Below, in pieces: positions 24,801-37,265 of a stretch of 38,024 nucleotides of DNA. How positions within the stretch are numbered: the first letter of the stretch is position 1; each line of letters starts with the position of its first letter. Source of the stretch: Chiloscyllium plagiosum (taxonomy: Eukaryota); assembly GCF_004010195.1 (NCBI RefSeq), contig NC_057718.1, positions 65,742,919 to 65,780,942 of the forward strand. Direction: 5' to 3'. Made by a program: the position numbers and the translations under genes. The notes beneath the pieces were generated by a model that did not search any database, had not been told where the DNA came from, and worked only from the letters and a program-made list of their open reading frames with translations.

Positions 24801-26690
24801 CTAAGGAAGAACACACAAAACTTCCTTCGGTCCAATTTCCTTCTGCAACCAAAGTGAAAGCCAAAAATAAGCAAAGTGTGTTGGCATTGCAGACTCCACT
24901 GGTAAAGCAAAATGAGTCAGGGTCTTTGATTAAAATTCATTAATCAAGGCCACAGCCCGAACTAAATGCAATTGGTACTCTGATGGTGTCAATTAAATAT
25001 CTCCTTGTTCTGATTCAGTGAAACAAGTAAGCAGCCAAATCTTAAATTTTAAGGTATCGTTGATGTTGGCTGAGATTTGCAATTGCCGAATAATCATTTC
25101 ATAAGTACAGATGGGAATTGTGGAATCCCCATGGTAACAGACTCTGAAGCAATTATCTGGGAAATTGACAATTGCTTGAACAATTTCCCTACACTTACAC
25201 CCTCTGAAAGTGTCCATTTAATTTGGAGAATTGGAGTGTTTCATTAAGTAAGTAGTTACTTAAGAAGAGTTATAAACCAAGTTTAGCTTCTGAATAACTA
25301 TTAACTGAAATTTAACTTACCTTTTAGACTCCCAAATACACCTCCTATAGACAGCCAACATCTCCCCCCTCTTCTCTGGAACCTGACACGCTATCCCCAA
25401 ACCACCAAGGTCTGGCAGCCCCCTCTATATGCATGAAACTTGACCTTTACTGCCCCAGCCCCAGTGCTGGATCAACTGCAAGACCCAATGACTGCATCCT
25501 ACAGTCATTGAACCTAATAAACCTTCTCCTGGCTCTGAACCTGACAACTCCCACAACTAAGTCTAATCCCCTTTCTTGCTCAGGACTTGATTCCCCCTCA
25601 CCTCCTTTCTCCTCTTTGGATTCGACATCCCCACCCCCAGCTTTGAACCTGAACCTTGCTGTTGGTCCTGCCCCTCACCTAACCTGCCACTGGACATGAC
25701 CCACCCTGGGACATTGGACCCAATCCATCATTGCCTGACACTATATCAAAATCTTTATCTCCCACCCACCTCAATCTACCCACAACACTCCCTTACTTAT
25801 CTGGTTCTTTTGCCACCTTGTGCACTGGTATCCTATGTATCTGACAACCTACTCAACCAGCACCCCAACCATCTAGCACCCTACTGTCCCTTGCACCCGA
25901 ATCTCATGCTTACCTTATGTTCTTGTGGGTCACAGTAGCTGTTTCAGTAGCTGTCTATGATGCTAGAGCTTTAAAGCATAAGATGCAGCAACTGATTGCA
26001 GTGTTAAAAGAGACATGGTTTGCCTTTGGCCAGCTGTACATGGTGCCTGTCACAATGGAAATACAGCTTCACATTCCTGAAGGAGCACTGATTGGAACCC
26101 TCCGTCAGAAATGCAAAGCTTTCATTGTGTAAAACAAATAAGAGCAAGTGGCAATCTGTGTGTGATTGGTACTTCTTGGAAAATCTATCCATTTTCTAAG
26201 AACCTGTGTGCAAATATCATTTTGTTTTATTAAATGGGTGAAAGCATAGAATATTACAAGATCTTAACATTTTGTTTCATAGTCCTTTCTGCTGCCCTAT
26301 GTTCAATGTGGTACACAGCAGGAAATACCAAGACAAGTAATTGTTTAAAATTTCTGCTAGTTTGGCATCAGTGCCTACAAATTTATCATTTGAAGTACTT
26401 GGATATTCTGTCCCTATCCTAAATTTTGTGTATTTGTGTCTCTAGAATATCTTCAACATTTTGTTTCATATTCCATAATAACTTAATTTCATAATTTCCC
26501 TCTGTATTCCTTTCTCAAGCGCATGCACACGAACACATACACTTGCAGATACATTATATTTTGTTCAGAAAGCATATAAGTTGTAGACAGGCAGTCAATG
26601 TGGCATATTATAAATTCCCACTTTGGAAATAAAACTAGTCTGACTCGAGGTTAAGACACAGACAGACTTTATGCCTAAAATGCATTACCT

Positions 26691-27655
26691 CATAGAATCA
26701 TAGAGATGTACAGCACGGAAACAGACCCTTTGGTCCAACCCGTCCGTGCCGACCAGATATCCCAACCCAATCTAGTCCCACCTGCCAGCATCCGGCCCAT
26801 ATCCCTCCAAGCCCTTCCTATTCATATAGCCATCCAAATGCCTTCTAAATGTTGCAATTGTACCAGCCTCCACCACTTCCTCTGGCAGCTCATTACATAC
26901 ACAAACCACCCTCTGCGTGAAAAAGTTGCCCCTTAGGTCTCTTTTACATCTTTTCCCTGTCACCCTAAACCTATGCCCTCTAGTTCTGGACTCCCCCACC
27001 CCAGAGAAAAGACTTTGTCTATTTACCCTATCCATGCTCCTCATAATTTTGTAAACCTCTATAAGGTCACCCCTCAGCCTCCAACACTCCAGAAAAAACA
27101 GCCCCAGCCTGTTTAGCCCCTCCCTATAGCTCAAATTCTCCAACCCTGGCAACATCCTTGTAAATCTTTTCTGAACCCTTTCAAGTTTCACAACATCCTT
27201 CCGATAAGAAGGTGACCAGATTTGCACGCAACATTCCAAAAGTGCCCTAATCAATGACTTGTACAGCCACAACATGACCTCCCAACTCCTGTACTCAATA
27301 CTCTGACCAATAAAGGAAAGCATACCAAACGCCTTCTTCACTATCCTATCTACCTGCGACTCCACTTTCAAGGAGCTATGAATCTGCACTCCAAGGTCTC
27401 GTTGTTCGGCAACACTGCCAAGGACCTTACCATGAAGTGTATAAGTCCTGCTAAGATTTGCTTTATCAAACTGCAGCACCTTGCATTTATCTGAGTTAAA
27501 CTCCATCTGCCACTTCTCAGCCCATTGGCCCATCTGATCAAGATCCTGTTGTAATCTGAGGTAACCTTCTTCGCTGTCCATTGCACCTCCAGTTTTAGTG
27601 TCATCTGCAAATTTACTAACTATACCTCTTATGCTCACATCCGAATCATTTATAT
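26691..27655 (-). mobile_element. Young CR1 LINE 3' segment
   Basis: Uninterrupted 288-aa ORF 26772-27638 (KFADDTK...GYGPDAGRWD) plus tail. Confidence 0.95.
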
Positions 27656-27659
27656 GTAG

Positions 27660-28273
27660 TGGACTTCAGTAAGACATTCGACAAGGTTCCCCATGGGAGA
27701 CTGGCTAGCAAGGTTAGGTCTCACGGAATACATGGAGAACTAGCCATTGGATACAGAACTGGCTCAAAGGTAGAAGACAGAGGGTGGTGGTAGAGGGTTG
27801 TTTTTCAGACTGGAGGCCTGTGACCCATGGAATGCCACAAGGATTGGTGCTGGGTCCACTACTTTTTGTCATTTATGTTTTGGATTTGGATGTGAGCATA
27901 AGAGGTATAGTTAGTAAGTTTGCAGATGACACTAAAATTGGAGGTGTAGTGGACAGCGAAGAAAGTTATCTCAGGTTACAATGGGATCTTGATCAGATGG
28001 GCCAATGGGCTGAGAAGTGGCAGATGGAGTTTAATTCAGATAAATTCGAGGTGCTGCATTTTGGGAAAGCAAATCTTAGCAGGACTTATACACTTAATGG
28101 TAAGGTCCTAGGGAGTGTTGGTGAATAAACAAACCTTGGAGTGCAGGTTCATAGCTCCTTGAAAGTGGAGTCACAGGTAGATAGGATAGTGAAGAAGATG
28201 TTTGGACGTTTGGTATGCTTTCCTTTATTAGTCAGAGTATTGAGCACAGGAATTGGGAGGTCATGTTGCTGCT
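27660..28273 (+). mobile_element. Inverted CR1 RT segment joined to the previous element
   Basis: DFSKTFDKVPHG..GMPQGLVLGPLLF..KFADDTK; about 390 bp overlaps the minus segment. Confidence 0.92.
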
Positions 28274-29204
28274 CTGACCTGTGATGTCATTTTGTTTATA
28301 CTGGTAAAACCTTATCTCAGATTAGTGACTTGCAAGAAATTTTGGGACTTACATGTTAACCAATCGAAAACTGCATCTCCATTCTAACAGATTAAATATT
28401 TAACAGCCATCTTAGGTCAATTCGTTTGCGTCAGTTGTACGAATCGTTGAGCTTTTACTTATAAATTCTGAGTCTAAGGTCTCCCTCTTTCATTAGCACG
28501 TGAAGAAGGAGCAAGGCTCTGAAAGCTTGTGATTTCAAATAAACCTGTTAGACTATAACCTGGTGTGATTTTTGACATGGCCCAACCCAGTCCAAGATTG
28601 GCACCTCCACATCTTGATTGTCTTTCATACCATTTCCTAACTTTTTCATATCACTTTTTGTTATGTTTTACTTGTTGTCTACACACTTAGTCTATGTCAT
28701 TTTTAATTGCAATTTTATTCTTAATTCATCCATGGTGTGTCTTGTTGGCTAGACTTTTAGTGGGATATATTTCTCTTGGCCTGTCTTGATCAGCATTTTA
28801 TAATTTCTAATATTCTCATATTTTCTACCTCTAAGTTAGTTCTTAAATCTTGTCACATTTAGTGACTAAATTTTTTTAGCTTATGTACCTTGTTGATGCT
28901 TAACTTAAATCTTACTTGTTGTGATCAGTGCTGCCTAAATATTTCCTGTGTTTACTAATTTTGTTTGTTCTTGTTCCTTTCCCTCTGGGAAATGTATACC
29001 TAGAAACACTCCTCTTCACAGCTATACATAATAAGTAAGAAGTGTGTCTTGCACTCATCATGTAAGAACTCCTGTACCCTTTAGGTCACTTATTGGCAAT
29101 TGTTATTGGGTCAGTTAACCATCTCAACAGGCAAAAGGGTCTGTAGACAATGCCAAAGGCTGAAGCTTCTCCACCACAATGTCAGCACTCCTCTTCCTTG
29201 ATTA

Positions 29205-29340
29205 ATTTGTTACTCCCTCCTGACCCAAAGAAGTCCAAAGATGTACAGCTTAGGTAGATTGGCCATGCTAATTTGCTCCACAGCATCCAGGGATGTGCAG
29301 GCTAGGTGGATTAGCCATGGGAAATGTGGGGTTACATGGA
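29205..29340 (+). mobile_element. HE1-type SINE internal fragment
   Basis: gtccaaagatgtacag..gattggccatgctaa..gggatgtgcaggctaggtggattagccatggg. Confidence 0.7.
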
Positions 29341-29399
29341 AAAGGAGAACTTCTTTTGCCCTCTGTACTAAATTTCTATTCTCACCAAATGCTCAAATT

Positions 29400-30170
29400 C
29401 CTAAGTGTTTACAATGCACTCCATTCACATTGCAATCTGTATTTGTGCTTTTTTGCTGCAGCTCATGAAATGGAGACCTTCCTTCACAACTTCCCTTACA
29501 ACCACATGTTTCAACTTCCTAACATGTCAAATGCTCTGCTATTTAATACCTGGCTCATATAATAACGCTAAAATTACCAGCCATGAGATCCACTTTTGCA
29601 CGAGAACATGGTTCCTTCTCCTGATAATTCCACAGCAGGATCTCTTCTTTTGTTCTCCATGCCAATGGTCACAATATGACCATGATAATTTTTCAAGTTC
29701 CTCTGCAGATTTCCTAAAATATTCTTGACCTAAGCACCAGGCAGGTAGCAAAAGGTCACAACTACTGAGGATACTCTGTGTCTCCCTATAATTCACAAAT
29801 CTCTTTTAATCACAAGCCTTCCTGTTTGATTTCTTCTCTTTCCCAGCCCCACCCTCATTTCTTGCTTCATTAAGCCATGGTTAGACTTCAGTCTTTTCCT
29901 CATAAGATCAAGTATGTTGTATCTATTGGAGCAGACCTTCTCTATGTCTCCTTAAGCTCCCATTACTCTACTGATTAATAGTCATGCATTCTCCCTCATG
30001 CACTGTGCTTTCCTGAGTTGTGATTGTACTCTGGGAAAGCTATCCAAACATTTCTTTCCCTTTGCATTGGAATGCCTATAACTCATAGGCCAGATCTAAC
30101 GTCTCTGGGTTGAGGTGTCTCAAGACACATTCACTGACACAACCTAAGACACTGCAGATATGGCAGTGTA
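29400..30170 (-). mobile_element. Decayed CR1 ORF1 (SGNH esterase-like) remnant
   Basis: CYLPGA*VKNILGNLQ and LVILALLYEP resemble the CR1 ORF1 motifs CCLPGARVKD and VVISGLLPVP. Confidence 0.55.
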
Positions 30171-30273
30171 GAATTCTAGAAAGAAAAGTCAATTAATCTT
30201 GTAGTTGACATATACTGGTCCAATATAGCTCATAATTCAATGTGGAGCTCCAGCAAACCCAGCACATTTGATT

Positions 30274-31030
30274 TTTGTGAAGATTTGTAGTTCAGGTTGT
30301 AAGTTTGCTCTCTGAGCTGGAAGATTTGTTCTCGGACATTTCATCACTATGCTAGGTAATATAATCAGTGAGCCTCTGTTGAGGCACTGGTGTTGTGGTG
30401 GGTGATATCACTCCCGGTTCTTTTTCTGAGAAGTTGGTAAATGGGGTCCAAATCAATGTGTTTGTTAATGGATTTCTGGTTTGAATTCCAGGCCTCTCGG
30501 AATTCCCGTGCTTGTCTTTGTTTAGCTTGTCCCAGGATGGATGTATGGTTCCAGTCTAACTAGTGTTCCTCATCTTCTATGTGTAAGGATACTAGTGATT
30601 GTTGGTCATGCCATTTGGTGGCTAGCTGATGTTTGTGTATCCTGGTGAATCTAAAGGACCCTGTACCAACAACCAGCAGAATGAAAGTCATAAGTAAAAT
30701 ATCCTGTAAGGACTGCAACAAACGTTACATTGGACAAACGGGCAAGAAACTAGCCAAGAGGATACACGAGCACCAACTAGCCACCAAAAGACATGACCGA
30801 CTATCAACATACAGATGAAGAGGGACACCAGTTCAACTGGGACAATATATCCATCCTGGGACAGGCTAAACAAAGATATTCACAAGAATTTCCAGAGGCC
30901 TGGCATTCAAACTGGAACTCCATCAACAAATACATCGATTTGGACCACCATTTACCAACCTCTCAGAAAAAGTCCTTTGTGATATCACCTACCACAACAG
31001 ATCAAGACACATAAATAGAAAACAGGAAAC
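30274..31030. mobile_element. Penelope-like element (family C), GIY-YIG C-terminus as an inverted pair
   Basis: Plus arm KISCKDCNKRYIGQTGKKLAKRIHEH..EAWHSNWNSINK. Minus arm ~30400-30645 encodes the same region and ends in a decayed HHR (30334-30368, ctgatta-t-attac..gtgat-gaaa). Confidence 0.85.
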
Positions 31031-31039
31031 TAAGAGCTT

Positions 31040-31792
31040 CCAGACGTGAACCAATGTCCTTGGGGGAGTTTTTGCTACTGCTATTGGGGAGGTTTTAAAC
31101 TAATGTAGCAGGAGACTGGGAACCAGAAGAGCAGTGAGGTGGAGATTGGAGACTGTAAGAATTATGAAGATAACATTAATAAAGGGAAGAATAGGCAGAG
31201 AGCAGGTGAGCGCAAAAAAACTGGTGGCCTGAAATGCATCTACTTTAATGCAAGATGTATAGTGTGTGAGGCAGATGAACTTAGGGCTTGGATTGGTGCC
31301 TGGGAGTATGACATTATTGCCATCACAGAGACTTGGTTGAAGGAGGGGCATGATGATTGGCAACTAAATGTTCCAGGATATAGATGTTTCAGACAGGACA
31401 GGGAGGGAAGTTAAAGAGGGGGTGGGGTTGCATTGCACGCCTGTGCGAAAGGAGCACACTATGGCGGTCTTGGGTAGTGAGGCATTATGGGTGGAGCTGA
31501 GAAATAAGAAGGGTGCAGTTACATTTTTGGGGCTATATTACAGATCTCCCAACAGTGAGAGTGAAGTAGAAGAACAAATAGGTAAACAGATTATGAATAG
31601 ATGTAGAGGCAATAGGGTAGTGGTGATGGAAGATTTTAATTTTCCCAACATTGACTGGGATACACTTAGCGTCAGAGATCTGGATGGGGTAGAATTTGTA
31701 ATAAGCGTCCAGGAGAGTTTTCTAGAGCAGTATGTCAATAGTTCGGCGAGGGAAGGGGCCATATTGGACCTGGTACTGGGGAACGAGCCAGG
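31040..31792 (+). mobile_element. CR1 fragment: end of ORF1 and APE endonuclease
   Basis: GLKCIYFNAR, DIIAITETWL, GLYYRSPNS, DFNFPNIDW, REGAILDLVLGNEPG. Confidence 0.92.
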
Positions 31793-32249
31793 ATACTCTA
31801 CTATACCATTTAGGACAGTTCATTGAGTAATGTCACTTAGAATCATACCTGAAACATCAATTGACTATATACTGGGCATTTTTATTGTAAGTCCAAAATT
31901 TCCCTGCTTCACAAAATTGTCAAACAGCATCTCCAACCTAATTTCTCTTAGTTAAAACCTTTCTTGTCACCTGCAACTTGTATATAGAAGATTTATCTTT
32001 CATTTTCTATCACATGGCCCATTGTACCATTTGCATAATGAATGATGCTGGACAGGAATGCTTTCTGAATAATTTTTTTGGTGCTCCCAACATTTGTTCT
32101 AGCAATGCATGTTTCTCTGCTAATCTAACTTCTACCAAAACTACAGCTGTCAGTAAGTTGCAGGAATCGAATATGCCAGCAAATATTTGCGATTTCCTGC
32201 AGTCTTGCATACGAGCCACTGAATTCTGTTTTGTAAAGGTAATGTCAAC

Positions 32250-32580
32250 AGAGTGCTGCTTTCTCATTAGAGACAGAGAGAGAGAAAGAGAGAGAAAGAT
32301 GACTGGTGGTGATTTGACCTGAGGGTCACTGCACCTCAGGCAAAGGGAGGTTGAAAAGGAGAGTCATTTGCAGTAATGTCAATCAGTGTGGTGTCAGCTC
32401 TGCTCTGCAAACCAGCAATCCAGCCAACTGGGTTAAAAGCAAATTACTGCGGATGCTGGAATCTGAAACCAAAAGAGAAAATGCTGGAAAATCTCAGCAG
32501 GTCTGGCAGCATCTGTAAGGAGAGAAAAGAGCTGACGTTTCGAGTCTAACTGACCCTTTGACAACTGAGTTAATTGACCC
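32250..32580 (-). mobile_element. tRNA-derived SINE, second family, interrupted
   Basis: Reverse complement homologue of 4386-4592. Confidence 0.7.
32437..32561 (-). mobile_element. Short Penelope-derived element truncated inside its HHR
   Basis: 12-bp TSD caactg(g/a)gttaa at 32425-32436 and 32562-32573. Minus strand gggtc-agtta-gactc-gaaacgtc. Confidence 0.8.
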
Positions 32581-32739
32581 TCATTCTGTTATGTGCACTT
32601 CAATGAACCAATCTTTGCTCGTTCTGAATTAGTCAAAATCTGAACATAAGCATTTAGTAAGTCATCTTTTGGATAAATTCTCTCCATTCAAGTTAATAAA
32701 TTGCCCAAACATTCATCTATGTTCAAATCATCATGGGGC

Positions 32740-33900
32740 AACTTCGTAAGAACGGGATATGATGCTCAACTCATTGAACACCAGTTCCAATGTAACCCAG
32801 TGAAAAACTGCAACTACCTCCTCAGAAGACAGATAGGGGACACAACCAAGAGAGTACTCTTGTCACCCAGTACTTCCCTGGAGCAGCCTTCAATATGTCA
32901 TCGATGATGACAAACATCTCCCCAAGGTCATCTCTACACCTCCACTTCTCTTCTTAAAATAACCGCCAAACCTTAAACAGACCATCATTCGCAGCAAACT
33001 GCCCAGCCTTCAGGAGAACAGTGACCACAACACTACACAACCCTGCCAGAGCAACCTCTGCAAGACATGACAGATCTTTCACATGGATACTACCATCACA
33101 CATGGGAATGCCACCCAACATGCATGTGGCAAGTACTCATGCAACTCGGCCAGTGTTGTCTACCTCATATGCTGCAGGAAAGGATACCCTGAGACACCAC
33201 ACAATAATCACCAGACAGTTCCCCTTCCAGTGGGGAACACTTCACTAGTCAAGGACATTCAGCCTCTGATCTTCAGTTAAGCATCCTCCAAGGCAGCCTT
33301 TGAGATACACAACAATGCAGAATCACTGAGCAGAAACTGATAACCAAGTTCTGTACCCATGAAGATGGCATCAATTATGAACTTGGGTTTATGTCACATT
33401 ACATGTAACCCTACCATACTGTTCTATATAAAATTTTCCTTGCTGTTCTGTTTGACAACATCACCTTGATAACTTGTTATTATCTCTCTACCTTAATTAG
33501 TTTTGGATTACATGTTACTTTGGTTAGACCCTCGTTGTACAACTCTGATACCTATCAGGCAATTCCAGCCATTTGGTTGTCTCGAGCACCAACTTATTTA
33601 TAATCTTTTGTAATTATCTCTCTGCCTCAATTAATCGGATCATAGGTCATCCCTTCACTTGCTATTCAAGTGTTAACACTTTACTCACACATTCTGACAC
33701 TTTTGATCACCTGCAAAGACTTGTTATTAAGCCTGTCGGCTCTGTACTCACACATTTGTACTATCTTTTGATCTCCCCGCCTAAAAATTCTTCGTCCATG
33801 CTTCCCTCCATGTCACCTGACAATGGAGCGGTGTTCCAAAACCTTGTGGTCTCAAACAAATCAGTTGGACTATAACCTGCGTCATGTGGCTTTTAACCTT
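32740..33900 (+). mobile_element. 5'-truncated Penelope-like element (family B): GIY-YIG remnant, 3' UTR, decayed HHR
   Basis: PPNLKQTIIRSKL, CQSNLCKT, YSCNSASVVYLICCRKG, VGEHF, EQKLITKFCTHEDGINYELGFMSHYM*. HHR-like motif at 33814-33847. Confidence 0.85.
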
Positions 33901-33904
33901 CTTA

Positions 33905-35130
33905 AAAGCAATGAGGGTTTTTGCCTCTAGCACCTTTCCAGGGAGTAATTTTCAAACCCTCACCATGCCCTGAAGGAAACCATCTTTTTGAGCTCTTTTC
34001 AAGTCCTTCTTCCTATTACTTCAAATTTATGTCCTCTAACTCATAGAATAATCATGGACTTTTAGTTTTCTTATCAATCTGACTGGTAGAAACTTGTCAA
34101 AACCTTTCTAAATACCTGAATATCATACAAACCATGCTATTATCATCGACTCTCCTTGTTTTCGCTTCAAAACAAAAATTCAGGCCAATTAACCTGACAT
34201 AAACTTCCTTCAACATATCCAACTGACAGCCTTGATAAATCTAGGTCTTCCTAAATAGTAATAAATATAGTCCTGCAGAACATTTTCTAATGATTCATTT
34301 TTGATTGAGATTAAGCTAACTGGTCTGTAGTTAGTCAGGCTATCCTTTTTAAACACTGGTGAAACACCAAAACTTCTATCCTATCAGATCACTGGCATGG
34401 TAAAATGATGGCAGGGTCTTCACTATTTGTCCTTGTTTCTCTTAACCCCGAAACCAGATATTTAATCTACTTGCTAAGATTCTGAACCTTCTTAACCTTT
34501 CCTCCTTCATATTTCACATTCCTCCGGAGTAAAAATGTTAATATCAACCCCTCTTTTTGCAAACACAGATGCAAAGTATTTATTAAGAGTCATGTTCCAC
34601 ATCTTTTGTGTCCACAAACAGGTTATACTTTTGGTCTGTAATAGGATTTACATTTTCCTTAATTAGCCTCCTGTTCTTAATGTATTAATAAAACATCTTT
34701 GCATTGTATCATTTGGAATCTGTGTTCAGTGGAATTCATATATTATTCAGCCCTATTGATTCACGGCAGTGTTCATGCTTCAATCGGATCCCCTCCCATC
34801 AGTTTGTCCTCCTATTCCTTTCTACCTCATGCTTATCTAACCTCCCCATAACTACCTCAACTGCTTTTTATGGTTGTGAGTTTCATAATCTAATTACTCT
34901 CTGAAATTTCAGTAACTATATTACATTTATGGCCCCAAGAATTTGTTTTTTTCTTCCTTCCCATAAGTGGAAACAATTGCCATACATCTACCTATCAAAT
35001 ACTTTGAAATTCTTAAAGAATTCCATCAGGTCCCATTCTTTTAGAAAAAAGAGCCCCAACCTGTTCAATCTTTCCTGACAGGTATAACCTTGCAATCTAG
35101 TAACGTATTGGTAAACCTTTTTATGCTTTT
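33905..35130 (-). mobile_element. Old CR1 fragments
   Basis: Residual motifs (ttgtcaaaacctttcta, aagctaactggtctgtagtt, gagccccaacctgttcaatctttcctga). Confidence 0.55.
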
Positions 35131-35236
35131 GCCGGTACTTTTTCTGTGCTTTCCAGAATACTGCCTGATAACAACTTTAAGTGGACATGGTTTTTAACTC
35201 TTTGCATACTACAGTGGGTAAACCATCTCAGCATAC

Positions 35237-35287
35237 GTGGATCTGGTCGCTAACATTTCTGTCCTCCGAGACAACTATAGACTGTCG
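35237..35287 (-). CDS. Candidate internal coding exon (51 nt, phase 0/0) RQSIVVSEDRNVSDQIH
   Basis: Strong acceptor gtttccttcgttatcttttccag, donor CAC/gtatgc, open frame, locally retained CpGs in non-repeat DNA. Confidence 0.35.
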
Positions 35288-35942
35288 CTGGAAAAGATAA
35301 CGAAGGAAACCAACACAAATATTCTCTCTTCTCTTAATATAGAGCTAGTTTGACTGCTGTCAGGTCCGGATACAGGAACTATAAGAATTTCTTCAGAAAA
35401 ACCAACACAAGAAATATGCCATGTGTGAGGTATCAATAAAATCATGATTCTTCTTAAGAAAGCACTCCTCCCTCACCAGCTGTGGATAAGATGGGCTTAG
35501 CTGCAATCGTTTTCTGGCATAATCCAATTGTATCCCAGAACAACACACTGCAATTTTTCCTACCTACAGACTCTAGAACTTGTCAGTCACACAGTAAATA
35601 GTTCCAGCTTGTCTGAAAGTCTTTTGAGTGGCCAATTGAAATAGTTTATGGGCAAATGAAAAGCTGTCACGGAAATAGCAGAATGTTTGAGACTGATGTG
35701 AATTGAGCTGTGGCCAATATGAATTAGTTCTATTCCATTTTAGTCAGATAGCCGTCAATTTGAATAATGTGCAATGGGTAAGAATTGAAAGAGACACCTG
35801 CATCATCAAACCTATTGCATTATCTGTATTGTGAAACTAGTTTCCTTGGTAACAGGCTTGAGAAAGTGTTTAACAAATTATTTTCAAACACATACAAATA
35901 TTTGGTTGATCCAGTAGTAAATAAGATTAGGCAGCTCATTAC

Positions 35943-35990
35943 CTCTTGAGAGATCTTACTTTCTAACGCTTCTTGATGATATGTTTTAAG
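35943..35990 (-). CDS. Candidate internal coding exon (48 nt, phase 0/0) LKTYHQEALESKISQE
   Basis: Acceptor ttttctactcatttccttcaaag, donor GAG/gtaatg; only one frame is open. Confidence 0.35.
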
Positions 35991-36605
35991 CTTTGAAGGA
36001 AATGAGTAGAAAACAGTGTTCAACATAGTTGAATTAACAAACAAATATAATTTGACAGGCAGATATAGATGACTTTCAACTTGTAAAGGAAATGAGAAGA
36101 AGTGGAGTGGTGAATATCAAAGTTTAACGAGGAAGAGGTTAGAAGTTAGTTTCACAACCCTTTATTGTGTTCCCATCGAGGGCAGAGATGACTGTGCATG
36201 GGTTACAGATTCACTTATTGTTTCTTTAATAGTTTAAAATGTTGATGTGGTAGCTTCCACTAACTATTCCATTAGCTTGAAAATAATGTATTCTGACTTT
36301 ACCATTCATAAATGAGTTACCGAAGATTGAGCTAATTAAGAAGACAGGTCAAACAAGATACACAAAATCCTAGGGAGTGGGACTCACTGAGAAGGGTATT
36401 CAAATTATGGTAAGTAGCAAAGGAGGGGAGAAATGATACCAAAAGTTAATCGAAGCACAGGATGTTTAGATAAGGCCAGCTGATGAGCACTATGTGGTAA
36501 TTGGTTTGTATAATAACTGCCTTATGTATGAATGTTGGAGACAATAGAAAGAATTCACTGTATCATCAGAAGCATCTAAATTAATGTGGCCTCAAATTTT
36601 ACAGG

Positions 36606-37075
36606 GTTAAAAATCACACAACACCAGGTTATAGTGCAACAGGTTTATTTGGAAGCACTAGCTTTCAGACTGCTGCTCCTTCATCACGTAGCTGTGGAGC
36701 AGGACTAAAAGACACAGAATTTATAGCAAAAGAGGTCATGCAACTGAAATGATAAATTGAACAAACCTAGAATGTTGTTAAGTCTTTCATCTTTTAGAAT
36801 GAGTTGCAGATTTTAGTTCATTAGTATGTAAATCCTAGTCACATTCTTGAGGTTTTATTAAAAAAAAGTTGACATCTCAGCTCAGAAATGCACTAAAGGT
36901 GTGAGGTTAGAGTCTGTCTGTATCTCAACCTTGAGTCAGACTGGTTCTATTTCCAAAGTGGAATTTACAAAATATCACATGGATTGAGTGCCTGCATTGA
37001 CTGCATTGAACAAAATAGTTTGTATCTGCAAATACAATTCTGCAAATACAAATTCACCCCATAGGCTTATATGTG
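36606..37075 (-). mobile_element. Penelope 3' region (family B) with decayed HHR
   Basis: gttaaaaatcacacaacaccaggttatag..; the minus strand of 36655-36691 reads gtgatga-a-ggagc-agc-agtct-gaaagcta-gtg. Confidence 0.8.
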
Positions 37076-37231
37076 TGCACACATGCATTAGAGAGAGAGT
37101 GTGTGTGTATGTGATGTGTGCATGTGACTGTGAGTGCACGCGAGAAAGTGTGTGTTTGCATGTGTGCAAGCTTGGTAAAGTGTTGATTGAGTGTGATGGG
37201 ATATAAGAGAATGTATGCATGGGTGTAAGAG

Positions 37232-37265
<34 letters not shown>

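Larger units (their letters stand above)
26520..28615 (+). mobile_element. Penelope 3' region (family B) ending in a decayed HHR, split by a CR1 insertion
   Basis: 26520-26690 and 28274-28615 are colinear with the reverse complement of 36606-37075. HHR-like cac-gtgaaga-a-ggagc-aag-gctct-gaaagctt-gtg at 28497-28531. Confidence 0.75.

Noticed and set aside
26283..26336. Plus-strand 54-nt exon candidate SFLLPYVQCGTQQEIPRQ
   Set aside because: Isolated, modest donor, no partner exons or recognisable homology.
26772..27638. Longest ORF (288 aa) as a host gene
   Set aside because: It is the C-terminal part of CR1 ORF2 in a truncated copy.
29579..29729. Apparent minus-strand exon with an open frame and splice-like ends
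   Set aside because: Better explained as decayed CR1 ORF1 (CYLPGA*VK); the apparent acceptor AG is part of a nonsense codon.
35232..35440. Plus-strand terminal exon (YVDLVANISVLRDNYRLSLEK...) with a downstream AATAAA
   Set aside because: Weak acceptor, and it is the in-frame antisense mirror of the better-supported minus candidate; not fully excluded.
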